64,000 nucleotides of DNA from assembly GCA_002269645.1 (NCBI GenBank), contig NIVC01001094.1, forward strand, positions 19,868 to 83,867. The letters are read 5' to 3'. A program made the position numbers and the translations under genes. Source of the DNA: Macrostomum lignano. Taxonomy: Eukaryota. This document shows positions 36,836-50,654 of the stretch, in pieces; the stretch's first letter is position 1; each line of letters starts with the position of its first letter. The notes below the pieces were generated by a model that did not search any database, had not been told where the DNA came from, and saw only the letters and a program-made list of their open reading frames with translations.

Positions 36836-37016
36836 CAGGTGTCAGTCTCAAGGTGTCAGTCTCAAGGTGTCAGTCTCAAGGTGTCAGTCTCAAGGTGTCA
36901 GTCTCAATGTGTCAGTCTCAAGATTTCAGTCTCAAGATGTCAGTCTCAAGGTGTCAGTCTCAAGGTGTCAGTCTCAAGGTGTCAGTCTCAAGCTGTCAGT
37001 CTCAAGCTGTCAGTCT
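36836..37016. repeat. Minisatellite, 14-bp unit (GTCAGTCTCAAGGT)
   Basis: About 12 tandem units. Confidence 0.9.
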
Positions 37017-37462
37017 GAATTAGGGCATTCGGCACTAATCCGGGAAACTTACTTGATAGAATTGTTTGCAGAAAAAGTTCAGCTCTTCTCTGGCTCAGTT
37101 TAGAGCGGACAGTTGCTTCGGAACGTTTTTTTCTGACGAATTCGTTAGCGATGAGTTGTTGATTCGGGATAGATGGATGATGCTCATAAATGCTACTGCA
37201 GAGTACTCGTTTGACTCTGCAGCCAAGTCCCATCTGCATCCTCATTGGCTACCAGCTGAGCAGCTGCTCAGAATTCGGCGAATTATGGGGTTTGCTTGGG
37301 GGATATTTTGCTTGCTGAATTTTAGCTTGTCAGATTTGGCTTTCATAAGTTTTTTTTTAATTTTACAGTTTCCTTAGCCGTTTGCTGTCAGTTTAGTGCA
37401 GTCTCTGAAACATTGCTGACGGATTCTCTACCGCTAGCGTTGAACTATTGTACGCTAGACTT

Positions 37463-37902
37463 AGCAACAAAAATTAGAAACAACAAAAATTAGAAACAAC
37501 AAAAACAAGAAACAACAACAAGAAACAACAGAGAAATAAAACAAAAAACAAAAACAAGAAACAAAAAATAAGAAACACCAACAACCATAAACAACTGCAA
37601 CAACAACAACAAGAAACAGGAAAAATAAGAAACATCAACAACAACAAGAAACAACAAAGAAATAAAAAAACAAAAAGAAGAAACAACTAAAACAAAAAAC
37701 AAATAACACCAACAACCATAAACAACAGCAACAACAACAACAAACAACAACAACAAAGAACAACAACAAACAACAAAGAAAAAAAACAACAGAAATAAGA
37801 AAAAACAAAAACAAAAAACAACAACAACAACAGCAACAACAACAAGAAACAACAAAAAAGAGAAACACCAACAACAATAAACAACAGTAACAGCAACAAC
37901 AC
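37463..37902. repeat. Degenerate (AAC/AAG)-rich low-complexity tract
   Basis: A/C-rich plus strand; gives the hydrophobic F/L/V/C pseudo-ORFs on the minus strand. Confidence 0.85.
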
Positions 37903-38382
37903 CCTCTACGGGGAACCTGGAGCCTTGGCTCCAGCTCCTACCCGACAATCCGTCCTGGGAGGCGTCCATCCTGGACGTCGAAGAGCGCCAGAACCTCGGA
38001 CACCAAGTGTTCCATCGGCTAGGAGATATGGCGGCGAGCAGCCACCCGAGGAATCTCTCTTGACCTGGCCGATGGTCACTTGGTGGCGACGACTCCTCGC
38101 TGCCCTCTACTGGGTCCCGGCCTAAGGTTGTCGCTCTCCGCAGCCAACAAGAACGACAACAATAACAGCAACAAAACCACAATAAGCAACCCTGAAAAGT
38201 CAGGCAGTCAGAGAGACGCAGGGTTGAGGCAGGCAAGGTCAGATATCACGCCGAAGACCGCTCCCCCCCCCCAGCGGTGTCCCTACGGCGTCTCCAGCAG
38301 GCAGTCACGTATCGATGGGTTTGCACCTGACCCCGTCTGAGTGGGCCGCCCTAATTTGACTAATGCCTCACAAGTACATAGG

Positions 38383-39465
38383 AATCATTTGGTTCAGGAT
38401 CATTGGGTTCAGGATCATTTGGTTAATTCAGGATCATTGGGTTCAGGATCATTGGGTTCAGGATCATTGGGTTCAAGATCATTGGGTTCAAGATCATTGG
38501 GTTCAAGATCATTGGGTTCAGGATCATTGGGTTCAGGATCATTGGGTTCAGGATCATTGGGTTCAGGATCATTGGGTTCAGGATCATTGGGTTCAGGATC
38601 ATTGGGTTCAGGATCATTGGGTTCAGGATCATTGGGTTCAGGATCATTGGGTTCAGGATCATTGGGTTCAGGATCATTGGGTTCAGGATCATTGGGTTCA
38701 GGATCATTGGGTTCAAGATCATTGGGTTCAGGATCATTGGGTTCAGGGTCATTGGGTTCAGGATCATTGGGTTCAGGATCATTGGGTTCAGGATCATTGG
38801 GTTCAGGATCATTGGGTTCAGGATCATTGGGTTCAGGATCATTGGGTTCAGGATCATTGGGTTCAGGATCATTGGGTTCAGGATCATTGGGTTCAGGATC
38901 ATTGGGTTCAGGATCATTGGGTTCAGGATCATTGGGTTCAGGATCATTGGGTTCAGGATCATTGGGTTCAGGATCATTGGGTTCAGGATCATTGGGTTCA
39001 GGATCATTGGGTTCAGGATCATTGGGTTCAGGATCATTGGGTTCAGGATCATTGGGTTCAGGATCATTGGGTTCAGGATCATTGGGTTCAGGATCATTGG
39101 GTTCAGGATCATTGGGTTCAGGATCATTGGGTTCAGGATCATTGGGTTCAGGATCATTGGGTTCAGGATCATTGGGTTCAGGATCATTGGGTTCAGGATC
39201 ATTGGGTTCAGGATCATTGGGTTCAGGATCATTGGGTTCAGGATCATTGGGTTCAGGATCATTGGGTTCAGGATCATTGGGTTCAGGATCATTGGGTTCA
39301 GGATCATTGGGTTCAGGATCATTGGGTTCAGGATCATTGGGTTCAGGATCATTGGGTTCAGGATCATTGGGTTCAGGATCATTGGGTTCAGAATCATTGG
39401 GTTCAGGATCATTGGGTTCAGGATCATTGGGTTCAGGATCATTGGGTTCAGGATCATTGGGTTCA
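38383..39465. repeat. Highly homogeneous minisatellite, 15-bp unit (GGATCATTGGGTTCA), ~70 copies
   Basis: Only a handful of variant units; source of the GSLGS/QDHWV/MILNP ORFs. Confidence 0.97.
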
Positions 39466-41298
39466 GAGCTGCAGGAGGTGTAGTTAAAATCAAATGAGTG
39501 CTTCCTCTAAAAGAACAAAAACTGCCTTTGGTTGCTGATTGCTCTGGTATTTCTGTCCGTTGAATTAGCTGCCGAAATTCTGAGCACATCCCTGCGCAAC
39601 TTAACAATGTGCGTGCACGGATTCGAAAATTAATTTGCTTCAGAACGTCATCAAGCTAATAAATCATGAATGTCAGATGATAGGCTTACAGTATAGGAGT
39701 AAATTTGACTGATACACCCACGAAAACCCATTGCGTTCAAAGAACCCTAACCTAGAATCACTAGAGCCATCTCCATAAGGCTTTGGCGATTCAGTCAACC
39801 ATGTTTATCCAATTTCAAGTAGCTTTAAAATTAATTTCATCACTTTTTCTTTTAGCTATAAATTACTTGTTTAAAAAAAGCATCATTTGTTTCTACTTAA
39901 AGTAGGCTTTAGGTGCACAAAAGCTCCGCTGAAGGCCAGTTGGGCTAAACTTAGAAGGTAAACACGCGGCAGACGTGTGACTGTTGTTTTTGTGGGTCAT
40001 TTTAGAAGTTTGACTGCCGCGACGACAGCTGCATATGGTAAGCGTAGCGTTTCGGATGATAAATTATGTATTTGGAAATACGCTTGTAGTGTCTTCTGCA
40101 TGCACCACTGCTGCTAACTCAAAGCGTTATGGTATGCTGGATCACGTAGTCTACCAATGGGGTCCAGCAGTTCGCTGTCACGCGTGCACTATTAAACATT
40201 TGGCCGAGTGTCGCTCTCGGAGACCTGCAAGGAGTGCAGTTCTTATCGGTTAGCAGCGGGCTGTCTATTTTTGTCTGCCTCTGCCTGCTAGAAGGCAGTC
40301 ACGCGGGCGGCTCGTGATGCCCTCCCTCCCCTCCCCGCCCCTCTCACGTGAGTTCGACGTGCTGTTGCGTGAGAATCCAGAGCAGCCGTTGCAGTGGGAC
40401 AGGGCTGAACTGCTCCAGCTTCAGTTCAGTGCAGTCAATATGGATTTTAAAAATATTGTCTTAGAAATTCTGCCTAATCGAAGACTTTTCTCTTTCTCGG
40501 AAAATTTTAAACGCTTTATTGCAAGCGGAGGCTGGTCGTGCACGGGAGATCCAGAGACGGAGAAGAGGGCGATGATGGAGCTGAGGAAGACAGAGTGTGA
40601 GCAGCTTTGCAGAGGTAGCTTTCAGGTGTCTGACACAGGGGTTTTCTTGTATTCATGCATATGCATGCAGTGTCAAGTTTTGAAAGAACTAATTAAGATC
40701 CAGAAAATTTACTGCATTGGTAGGAAGGCTATACACAAATAAGTTTAAATTATCAAACACCTGACAATTATGTATTTCTTGATTGAAATGTTCAGATGAT
40801 AAAGTTATGCATATATAAATAAATCTAATATTTTTTAAATTTTTAATAACGAGTGATATACCAACGTTATATTGATATATATGATGGGTGTGGACAGAGC
40901 ACAAGATTACAATTAGTGTTGATTAATTCGTTGCTAAATATCTAAACAGTATATTTACTGTACAGAAAAATAGTGAAGTGGACAGAAGCGAGGACAAATG
41001 CATAGGACAGACAAGTGTGCGAACACTGATTTACAATGCCAGTCCGACACCACTGGCATTCTGTCTTTTCTATATATAGATATAGCTCTATCTGTTAGAT
41101 CAGGGTACACTGATTTGCATTTCAAATATTGAACCAGAAATTGCAAGGACGTATGCAGCAACAGGTACACAAAAATAAGATCAGTCTTTGTTCTTTTACA
41201 TACGTAAATATGCTATATAGTGTTTAACACTGGGCGAGTTAAAGTTAACACAACCAAGAGCACACAGCGCAATGGATGCGGAAAGCGTGCTTGTAAAC

Positions 41299-42372
41299 TT
41301 AGTTGGACGATTCGCTGACTGGCCTACTATTAGTAGGCGAGTTGGCAGATCGAGAGTCGTGGCGTCGCTCGTGCTTAGCCAGATGGTCGCTCCGGCTGAA
41401 CTGGCGGTCGCATCGGGCGCAGCGGAATCGCCGTTCGCCAGTGTGGCCGCGCCGGTGTCGGGACAGCTCATCAGAGCGGGCGAACTCGCGCCCGCAGCCC
41501 GGCCAGTCGCAGTGATAAGGTTTCTCGCCCGTGTGGCACCGGTAGTGAGCCTTCAGGTGCGAGCTCTTATAATAGGACTTGCCGCAGCCAGGGTAACTGC
41601 ATGCGTGAGCTTTGCCGCGCGCGCCGAGGGCTGGCGACCCGGGTGCGGCTGCCGAACCCGGTTGCAGCTGCTGCTTGCCGCTAGCAGGCGGTAATTGCTG
41701 CTTCTGCTGCTGCTGTTGCTGCTCCTGCTTCTGGCGAGAAGGCGCCGCCGCCGAATGCAGCAGCACAACCTGCACGGGAGTGTTCAGCGGCTTCTGCAGC
41801 GCCCGGATCGGAATTAGCAGGGCCTGCACCGGGCCCAGCTGGTCAGCCTCCGATGATGACGCATCGGCCTGCTCGCCGCTCCACTGCAGCTGGCGCCTGG
41901 CCACCTTGGCAGCCGGCGCACCAGCGTCAGTTGACTCGTCGATCAGGTCCGCGGAGCCCAGACTCGGACAGTCGCTGCTGGCCGGCGAGCTGGCCTGCTG
42001 ACGCTTTTGGTCGAACAGCAGCTCAGATAGAAGTGACCTACTATTCGACACTGATCCATTCTGCTGCGGCTGCTGCTGCGCTGGTGGAGGCGGCAGCGGC
42101 GGTGATGGCGGGGACGCAGCCTTGGCGGCAATCGGAGTCTTAGCTGGCCTGTCTTGAATGAGCGACATCGTGGCTGCCAGGCGTCGCCGGTTGTCGGACT
42201 CCGTGTCAGGCTTGGCCTGCTCCGGCCGGCTGGCCACTCGATGCAGTTTAAACTTTAACCGACGACACAGCTCGTTATCATAAGCAGCCTCAACGGCGGC
42301 TTGCGACGCTTCGCATTCGGTTTCCATGGGTTGGGCCAGCGACAGTAGAGTCCTAGCGCAGTCCAGTTCCAT
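41299..42372 (-). CDS. Kruppel-like factor of the KLF9/10/11/13 (cabut/TIEG) group, intronless
   Basis: Three C2H2 fingers: [29 protein letters not shown]-terminal CARTLLSLA resembles a Sin3-interaction helix. Confidence 0.9.
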   Translation of the reverse strand: MELDCARTLLSLAQPMETECEASQAAVEAAYDNELCRRLKFKLHRVASRPEQAKPDTESDNRRRLAATMSLIQDRPAKTPIAAKAASPPSPPLPPPPAQQQPQQNGSVSNSRSLLSELLFDQKRQQASSPASSDCPSLGSADLIDESTDAGAPAAKVARRQLQWSGEQADASSSEADQLGPVQALLIPIRALQKPLNTPVQVVLLHSAAAPSRQKQEQQQQQQKQQLPPASGKQQLQPGSAAAPGSPALGARGKAHACSYPGCGKSYYKSSHLKAHYRCHTGEKPYHCDWPGCGREFARSDELSRHRRGHTGERRFRCARCDRQFSRSDHLAKHERRHDSRSANSPTNSRPVSESSN

Positions 42373-42447
42373 TGTTTTGTACGAGCTCTTCGATTGGAAT
42401 TAAGATGGCAAAGTTAGCCTGATTTTGGGCCAAACAGACGGAACGGT

Positions 42448-42882
42448 GGGGCGTGGCTTTAGCTTAGTCTAAGGACATGGCGGACCCAAAATTCTTGCTA
42501 TTTAAGTTAGTTCTCTTGCCTCCACCGGGTCAGAATCATCAGCCCCGCGCATGGCCTCGGGTAATGCCTAAAGGTCGGTGTGGGTTCCCCGTGCTAAAAT
42601 TAGCAACAGCACGCAGCGCTTCGTAGGCAGCTTCACGCGGCGGGAGCGTGGCTCGTGGCGTGAATCGTATAGGCAGTGTACGCAAAGCTGAGGCCAGTGG
42701 GGGCGTGGCCCCGAGACCCAGTGCACAAAGTGCACGCATGGTCAGAAATTCCCTCCTAACTTGTTTCAGCTTAGCCCGGTGGTTTGTAATTTCGGAAGTG
42801 ACGATGCCATCACACATGGACTGCGTGATATTGCCACACTGGCCCGCCTCCGCCCCATTTCCACCTATCCAAGCCCCACCCC
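42448..42882 (-). promoter_or_regulatory. GC/CACCC-box-rich proximal promoter of the KLF gene
   Basis: GGGGCGTGGC at 42448 and 42700, CCGCCCC at ~42850, GCCCCACCCC at ~42873; all within ~510 nt of the ATG. Confidence 0.55.
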
Positions 42883-45800
42883 AGTCGAACTAGACCGACT
42901 AGACGAGCAAATATTTTCCCCCTAAAGTTCGGCCTATGACCTCGTTGCCTGAAGGCCGAGCAACAAGAACAGTCTTCTTATCTTAAAGATTGCTTAACAA
43001 CCAAAATCCACAAAATCCACGTAGAATCCGATCCAGTGCTGCATGATCATCCTGAATCTAAAGCTAAAACTCAAACTAATTGGGGTTATTTTTCGCAGAT
43101 GAATGACGAAACTCAAACAGTTGAACAACTATAATAATTATTATATGTAATATTATCATAGCTCAACCTTTATTACAATTTACACAATCTCTCATAAATA
43201 TGTTTAATATCTGCTGGACCAGACAAAAGACTTATTTTGCAGCGCCATAAATAACTTTAGTCGTCACATGACTGGTTCAAAGTGCATTTGACTATCTGTT
43301 TATTGTATGTTCAAGCCGAATTTTCTGGTGCAAATTAATACGAGCTAATCTGGCATGGGCATGCGCTAGCTAAAGTAATTTAAATTTTTAAAAAGCAAAA
43401 AATCATATGTAATAATTTATCTCGGAAATATTCCTGTGAATGCAGTTAATCCATCTTAAGAAATGCGTTAACCAAATTGAATGCCTTTTTATTGAGAAAA
43501 TGGGTTCTTTTGGCAAACTTAAATTGGCTCCCATTGTGCTATTCTACTTAAAGTAGCTTGAACGGGACACCGCAATGGAGAGTAATTTTTCTTACTATAC
43601 AAAGTAATCGGAAATCTACAAAATCAGATGTTAGCACTCATTTTGGCGGCACAGGCAAGTACTCATTTCAAGGACGACTTAAGTAGAAAGACGCAACACT
43701 CGAAATCTATGGTAAATGTTTTGAAGGCAACTTTTCGCCGAAAAATACACTACAGAGATAAGAGGTTTTATTTTTTCAGCAAAAAATTGTTATTGCTTTT
43801 GATAGGAGGCAGATCCAGTGTTCATCTTTTGATATGTTGTGCCTTTCTTATTGCTCTATCGATATTCATAAAGCTTATCGTTCAGAAATAGTTTTAAAGG
43901 CAGGTTTCACCGGAAAAATACACTACGGAGATAGGAAATTTCACGATTTTCAACACTAAAGCATGCAGTGATTGGGTCTCTTAAAAGCTAGTGTCAGAGA
44001 AAGTCCTAATCACACTATTTTTGTGCCTCACATGCTGCTCTAACGACGCATTAATCGATTTTTCATGTTAAACTTGTTTACTTGAGTAGTCCTTGACTTA
44101 TTTTAGCATCTCAGGCACTCATTTTAGCGCCGAACAAGGCGCTATTACATGTAATGTACTTTGGCGCCCTGAAGCAAAATCATTGATTTCCATATAACTA
44201 GTTATACAAGGTGTAGCAAAGGACATTTTAAGGAACAAAGCATTGGCATGTCCCCCTCACGGAACAAAAAGCTAGCATTGGCATGTCTCCGACATGTCCA
44301 CGGCCCTGCTGGTTCAGTGTCCCTCCCCCCAGTTTCGACGCTCCTGAATCCAATTAAATCTATAATTGAGCTTACAATTAGAACTAACGGTCCCATTTGT
44401 TTCACGTGCTTTCCGGCTGTGTGCTCACAGTTTCCGTGTACCGTACATGTACCGATACTGCATATACTACTGCTAGTATAAGGGTACATGTATAGACACA
44501 TGTTTAACATGAAAAACATGCAAGAAACATGCACTACTACAGCGTACACACATGATTCCTGCATAATTACCATGTTCTGCATAATTCTATTTTTGCATAT
44601 GTATGTCTGTACAGCAGTATATATTATTTACTGTACCGCATATCCATATATCAATCATTAATTGCAGTTATAATTATATGCCGGTCTCGTTTTTAATTTA
44701 AATGACTGCGATATAGAAATGCAAATAAAAGCTATGAAGCACGGTTTACTAGTCCTATAAAAGATGTCTAGCCGTGTTTAGGCCTAATGGCTGATTATAG
44801 GAAGAAACATAATTTTTAAAAATGTAATTGCAAACAGAAAGCATTGATTTAAATCTAGAATTTTCTAAGAAACACATGTGCAACTAATCTCTAATCTTGC
44901 TTGTTTTTTTTAAATCAAAACACTTTCTATAACTTACAATACATGGGGCAGGTGATTAGTGCCATCAGACATTTTTACTGGTTCTTAACCTTAAGTTATA
45001 ATTTACTCTCTTCATGTGCATTCGCTGTTTAATAATAGTTTGGAATTTTTGAGGCCCTGTTATAAATTAAGACTTTAAGTTTTCAATGGCAACTATCTAC
45101 TAATGGTATACATTCTTTAATTTTCATAGAATTTTCTGTGTTTTGACTATATTTATGATTCCCATACCTCTTTCTATATATATTTTTATTTCAATCCTTA
45201 AGTTATAGAGTATTCTGTTTGTTTAATTGAATGTAGTGCCTAAATAAGTACCTAATAAAATCACACAAAAATATTAGGTTTGCCTGTAATTTTGTCAATA
45301 TATATAAGTTAAATTAATAAATGAACTGAAATGTGTGAAGAGGTTTAAGAAACAAATAGAATTAAAAGAAAGTAGATAATTTATATCTAGACTAAAACTT
45401 TTTAACCATTTGGCATTTTCCTTAGCTATAAAAAATATAGCTAAATGTATTTATTATATAGCTACCTGAATATTTAATATGTTATATGTTCTATATTAAT
45501 ATAAATGTAGAATAAATGCATTTAATAGATAATATAGAAAAAAATATGGGTTTTTAAATTGTTAATTTGCTACTATAGGCCCCTATACAAGATATACAAG
45601 TATTCATTGATATAACCAGAAATTTGTAAAGGGAGAAGTATATTCTAGGGCATGGATAGGCAAACTTTTTATATTAAGAGCCAGATAAGGAATCTAGATC
45701 ATTGTTATAGGCTAGATGAGAGTAAAAAATGGAATAGGGATAGAAAAGAAAGAAGATATGACATATAACAAAAAGGAGAGATGAGAGATGCGATAAGAGA

Positions 45801-46034
45801 AGAGATAAGATTAAAGATTAAAAAGAGAAAAGAGGAAAGATAAAAGGAAAGAAGAAAGGAAAGAGATCAGAAAAGAAAAGAAAAAATAAAAAGATAAGAT
45901 AAGAGGGAAAAGTAGATGAGAGAAAAGAGAGAAGAAAAGAGAGTAGAAAGAACTTAGAAAAAACAATGACACCTTGAGTGGGCTCAGTTGCTATTGTAAA
46001 ATTTCAAATGACCCAAGGGCTAGATAAAGAGGCT

Positions 46035-46086
46035 TTGCAGACCACATGTGGTCCACAGGCCAGAGTTTGCTAACCCCTATTCTAGA
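46035..46086. mobile_element. hAT/Charlie (MER5-like) terminal relic
   Basis: GCAGACCACATGTGGTCCACAGGCCAGAGTTTGCTAACCCCTATTCTAGA resembles recalled Charlie-type ends. Confidence 0.4.
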
Positions 46087-47125
46087 GGATAAATGCCTAA
46101 AAAGGGGAGAGGGGATGGCTTTGATTTTTCTGTGAAAATGTACTTGGTCCCTCTTTTTTTCTGGTCTTTACCAAAGGGGTGATCCATCCTCATCTTCCCT
46201 TAGGTGCACCCTTGCAAGTATTAATACATAACAATTAAAATTGTTTACTAAAACTGTACCTAGTGCTACAATTTATAACTATACGTTACACAAATTACCA
46301 ATTATCTTTAGCTTCTTGTTACTATATTTCTTCATTCATTTTGAGCATTTGGCTAATAAATGACTGGCTTGAATCTCTTGATTGGCAATTGTATAAATAG
46401 CTAACTTGAATGCCTTAATAGAATAGAAATTTCTTTAGTGACTTAAATAAGCTATTGGATGAGTTCACCCATTTTTGATAATTTAGCTTGCAAAAATTAA
46501 AACTATCTTAATTATACCAAAGTTATATAGTGCAATCTTTACTTTGCTACTTTTAGTAGAATCTGGCAAATTTCATGGGAGATATGGTAAATTTTATCTA
46601 TATACTTAACTGGCTTTAAAGTATAGTTTAGTATTTTGTGCACTGCACCTGCTATAGTATCCTGGCTAAATTAGCTTTTTATAAGCCACTTGCTCAGCCT
46701 GCTTCACCTTCCCAGCCTTATTGGTTTTCCTCACTTCTGAATTATTGATTAAGTGCTATTGACTAGCAACACAGAGTGAAATAAATGTGACTGAGCTCTA
46801 GTCCAGCAAATTTACATGGGCTGAATTGAATTCTCAATTTGCAAGCACAAGCAGTGACGCTTTTTAAGATGGCTTTTATTTTCTTTCCCATAAAGGCTTA
46901 AAGAGAATGTCTTACCTGCGCACGAAGGATCTAAATAGGGCGGGTGTTTTTGATCCAATAGTGCCTGAAGTCTAAAGAGTATATGAGTGAATGTCTTCCT
47001 AACACTAAATGAATCCCCAAGGTGGCCTGCTACCCCCATCCCCGCACCTGAGGGATTCCAGGTGCAGGTGGTCGTCCCAAAATTGAGCTTAAATTCCAAA
47101 TTTGATGCTTCGCTGAGCAGCAGTC

Positions 47126-49424
47126 ATGGCCGAAGCGAGTTCCGACATCTCCGCTGACGGCGACTCGCTTCCGGCCATCGCCGGCGCCTTCGTGGCAGCA
47201 TTCGACACGCATGTTGGCAACCTGGTCGAGTGGTGCCGGCCAGCCGAGCTCAACAGGCCCGGCCTGGAGTTCAAAGCCATCCCGAGCGGGGCGCACGACT
47301 TGGACGAAGATTTTGTTTATCTGCGCTGCGGCCGGCTGTTCGGTCTGGCCGTCTGCGTCAAACGTGACCTGTCGTTGCTGGCCTCGCCAGCCGCCGCAGC
47401 GGCTGAGCGCGGCGCCCGCGTCCGCTCCGTAGGCGTTCTTGGCAGGCGGCCCGGGCCGCTGGGCCGGCACGCGGCCTTCCTGCGGCGCCAGGCGGACAGG
47501 CTGCTGGACGGTGGCAGCGACTACTCGGAGCTGGCCGCCTTTGTTGACGAGCGCCGGGCTGACGAGCCGGACGGCGACGATGCGATCGATGCCAATGCTC
47601 TGCTGGGCCTCGGCCTGACGGTGAGGGCCTGGTCATAGTAGACTGTAGATCTGGTCATAGTAGACTGTAAATCTGGTCATAGTAGACTGTAGATCTGGTC
47701 ATAGTAGACTGTAGATCTGGTCATAGTAGACTGTAGATCTGGTCATAGTAGACTGTAGATCTGGTCATAGTAGGCTGTAGATCTGGTTATAGTAGACTGT
47801 AGATCTGGTCACAGTAGACTGTAGATCTGGTCATAGTAGACTGTAAATCTGGTCATAGTAGACTGTAAATCTGGTCATAGTAGACTGTAAATCTGGTCAT
47901 AGTAGACTGTAAATCTGGTCATACATGTAGTAGACTGTAAATCTTTACTGGTCATAGTAGACTGTAAATCTGGTCATAGTAGACCGTAAATCTGGTCATA
48001 CATGTAGTAGACTGTAAATCTTTACTGGTCATAGTAGACTGTAGATCTGGTCATAGTAGACTGTAAATCTGGTCATAATTGACTATGTACAGTACCCCTA
48101 GCCAATATAGACTAGATCTGCCAGGTGCTGCTGGAAAGCTGAAGTGAAAGCAGAGCTTTGCCTCATCTTTTTTCCTAGTTTTTCAGCGATCAACGGCACG
48201 CACTGGCATTTGACGCGTTCTTCGAGGGATTCGGCGAGCAGCTGATGATTCTGTGGAAATTCATGCTGCTCAGAAAGCGGGTTCTTTTCTGCTCTCTGCC
48301 GCCGATTGGAGACTCCTGCCTATTTGGTGAGCTGGTGTGTCCGTGCTGAAGTAGAGGCTGGGTCATAGGGTTTGAGAGGCTAGGTCATAGGGGGTTGATG
48401 AGGCTGGGTCATAGGGGTTGATGAGGCTAGGTCATAAGGGTTGATGAGGCTGGGTCATAGGGTTTGAGAGGCTAGGTCATAAGGGTTGATGAGGCTGGGT
48501 CATAGGGGTTGATGAGGCTAGGTCATAGGGGTTGATGAGGCTAGGTCATAGGGGTTGATGAGGCTAGGTCATAGGGGGTTGAGGCTGGGTCATAGGGGGC
48601 TGATGAAGCTGAGTAATAGAGGGTTGATGAGGCTGGGTCATAGGAGGTCGATGAGGCTGGATCATAGGGGGTTGAGGCCGGGTCATAGGGTGTTGATGAG
48701 GCTGAGTCATAGGGAGTTTGATGAGGCTGGGTCATAATGGGTTAAGGCTGGGTCATAGGCGGTTGAGGCTGGGTCATAATGGGCTGAGGCTGGGTCATAT
48801 GGGTTAAAGTCTTGACCACAGGAGGCTAAGACTTGGTCATAGAGCTCCAGTATTAGAGGCATCCAGTGCTCATAGCTGAGCCAGTAATTGCCATGCACCG
48901 CCACCGTCTCAACAGTGCTGTTCGCGTGCGCCCTTGCTGCCCAGACTGGCGCCCCGGCGCCGGCGCCTGAGCTGTTCGTCAGCGTGGCCGACATCGACCG
49001 GCTGCGCGGCCTGCCGCACTACGCAGCCTGCAGCACCGAGTCCATCCTGCTGCACAAGCCGGACCTGTGGCACCTGGCCATCACGGACGGCTGGCGGATG
49101 CGCGCCTCAGGGCCGGCCAACCAGCGGCTCTGCTCGGCCGTCACAGCCGGCGATCGGCGGCGATTCGCCAGCGCCAGCGCCGAGTATCGCAGGCGGCGCA
49201 GCCCAGCGGACGCGCTGCGCTGGTTTGCCGACCTCAACCGGGGCCTCGGCGCCGCCCTGGAGCTGGCAGCCGGGCCGGCCGAGGATCACCGGTTCAGCGC
49301 CGAGGCCGCCCGCGAGTTCGGCTTCGATCTGGGCGCCCGGGCGGACCGGGAGTTCCTGGCCGAGCTGCTCCGCCTGCGCGGATTGGACGCTTCGCTGGCC
49401 GAAACTTCCTGCTGTCCGCTGTAG
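47126..49424 (+). CDS. DENND11: DENND11 / LCHN (KIAA1147) homologue
   Basis: Exons 47126-47620, 48179-48326, 48916-49424. Motifs [61 protein letters not shown]-terminal SCCPL*. The exon 2 acceptor is ambiguous (a micro-exon near 48116-48124 is possible). Confidence 0.88.
47629..48078. repeat. Intronic minisatellite, 22-bp unit (GTAGACTGTAGATCTGGTCATA)
   Basis: Starts ~8 nt after donor 47621. Confidence 0.93.
48353..48802. repeat. Intronic G-rich minisatellite, 20-23 bp unit (GAGGCTGGGTCATAGGGGTTGAT)
   Basis: Inside intron 48327-48915. Confidence 0.9.
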
Positions 49425-49464
49425 GAGAGAGTTGCGATCGTAGCGGACAGACATTTGTCTTGGT

Positions 49465-49955
49465 ATGGGATTTCCTGATCCTGGTTTCTGGAGGGGTGAG
49501 ATTTCCTGATCTCATGGTTTCTGGAGGGGTGAGATTTCCTGATCCTGGTTTCTGGAGGGGTGAGATTTCCTGATCCCATGGTTTCTGGAGGGGTGAGATT
49601 TCCTGATCCTGGTTTCTGGAGGGGTGAGATTTCCTGATCCCATGGTTTCTGGAGGGGTGAGATTTCCTGATCCTGGTTTCTGGAGGGGTGAGATTTCCTG
49701 ATCCTGATTTCTGGATTGATGAGATTTCCTGATCCTGATTTCTGGATTGGTGAGATTTCCTGATCCTTATTTCTGGATTGGTGAGATTTCCTGATCCTGG
49801 TTTCTGGAGGGGGTGAGATTTCCTGATCCTGATTTCTGGATTGATGAGATTTCCTGATCCTGATTTCTGGATTGGTGAGATTTCCTGATCCTGATTTCTG
49901 GATTGGTGAGATTTCCTGATCCTGATTTCTGGATTGGTGAGATTTCCTGATCCTG
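49465..49955. repeat. Minisatellite, 31-33 bp unit (GATTTCCTGATCCTGGTTTCTGGAGGGGTGA), in the DENND11 3' UTR/flank
   Basis: Starts ~40 nt after the stop codon. Confidence 0.92.
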
Positions 49956-50269
49956 CTTCGTTCCTTGTGAGGTCTCCAAAATGGAATATTTTATATTGCA
50001 TGTTGATTTAAGATTTTGTAATTATTGTCTGTCTGCTCTGCTAGCAGCGATTTCTGTCCACGATCTTGAATGAGTAGATATTGTTTAATTCGCCCAACAT
50101 TGGAAGTGTCGCCTTTATTTTATCTCGGTGTGCGCACTTTCCGATTATATAAGGCTTTCAATGACTTACTCTGGGTCCCATTGCATTGCTTAATCGGTTT
50201 CATACACTGGCACTACAAGATTGCTCCGTGCATTGCAAAGTCTCTGTGGAAGAGTTTCGTTTTTAGTTA

Positions 50270-50636
50270 GAGGCATGGGGCTGTCTGCAACCTGGCTGAC
50301 TTTAAGCGACATTGTCACACAACCGGCGAGAGGCATTGCTGCCCATTCCGCCGACTCCTCTGAGCAGGCACACAAGCGCGCGGATACGTACGCAGTCACA
50401 CGCACAGGCACACACTCACACAGGAGTGTACAGCGGCCCTAACTTTATTTATCGTTAGGCATGTACACTTCACTGTGCCTTGGGGGTCTGGCCCTCAAGG
50501 ACGTTAATTGCACGAGCAGAGCCAAGCCCGAGATTCAAATTTAGCCCCAAATTTTCGGATTAATGTGACTGCACTTGGAATCGAGCCTGGGCCGCTGGCA
50601 CATCAGAGCGCCACGGTAGACCACTGAACTACGCCC
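50270..50636 (-). mobile_element. SINE family S, most complete copy
   Basis: Minus-strand head GGGCGTAGTTCAGTGG (A box)..GGCTCGATTCC (B box); body shared with 59597-59825. Confidence 0.8.
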
Positions 50637-50654
50637 TCTTGTTTAGAAGAGGTT

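Noticed and set aside
37474-37902. Very hydrophobic multi-pass membrane-like ORFs
   Set aside because: Antisense of an (AAC/AAG) low-complexity tract.
38341-39607. Gly/Ser-rich or QDHWV repeat proteins
   Set aside because: Frames of a 15-bp array with no splice or domain context.
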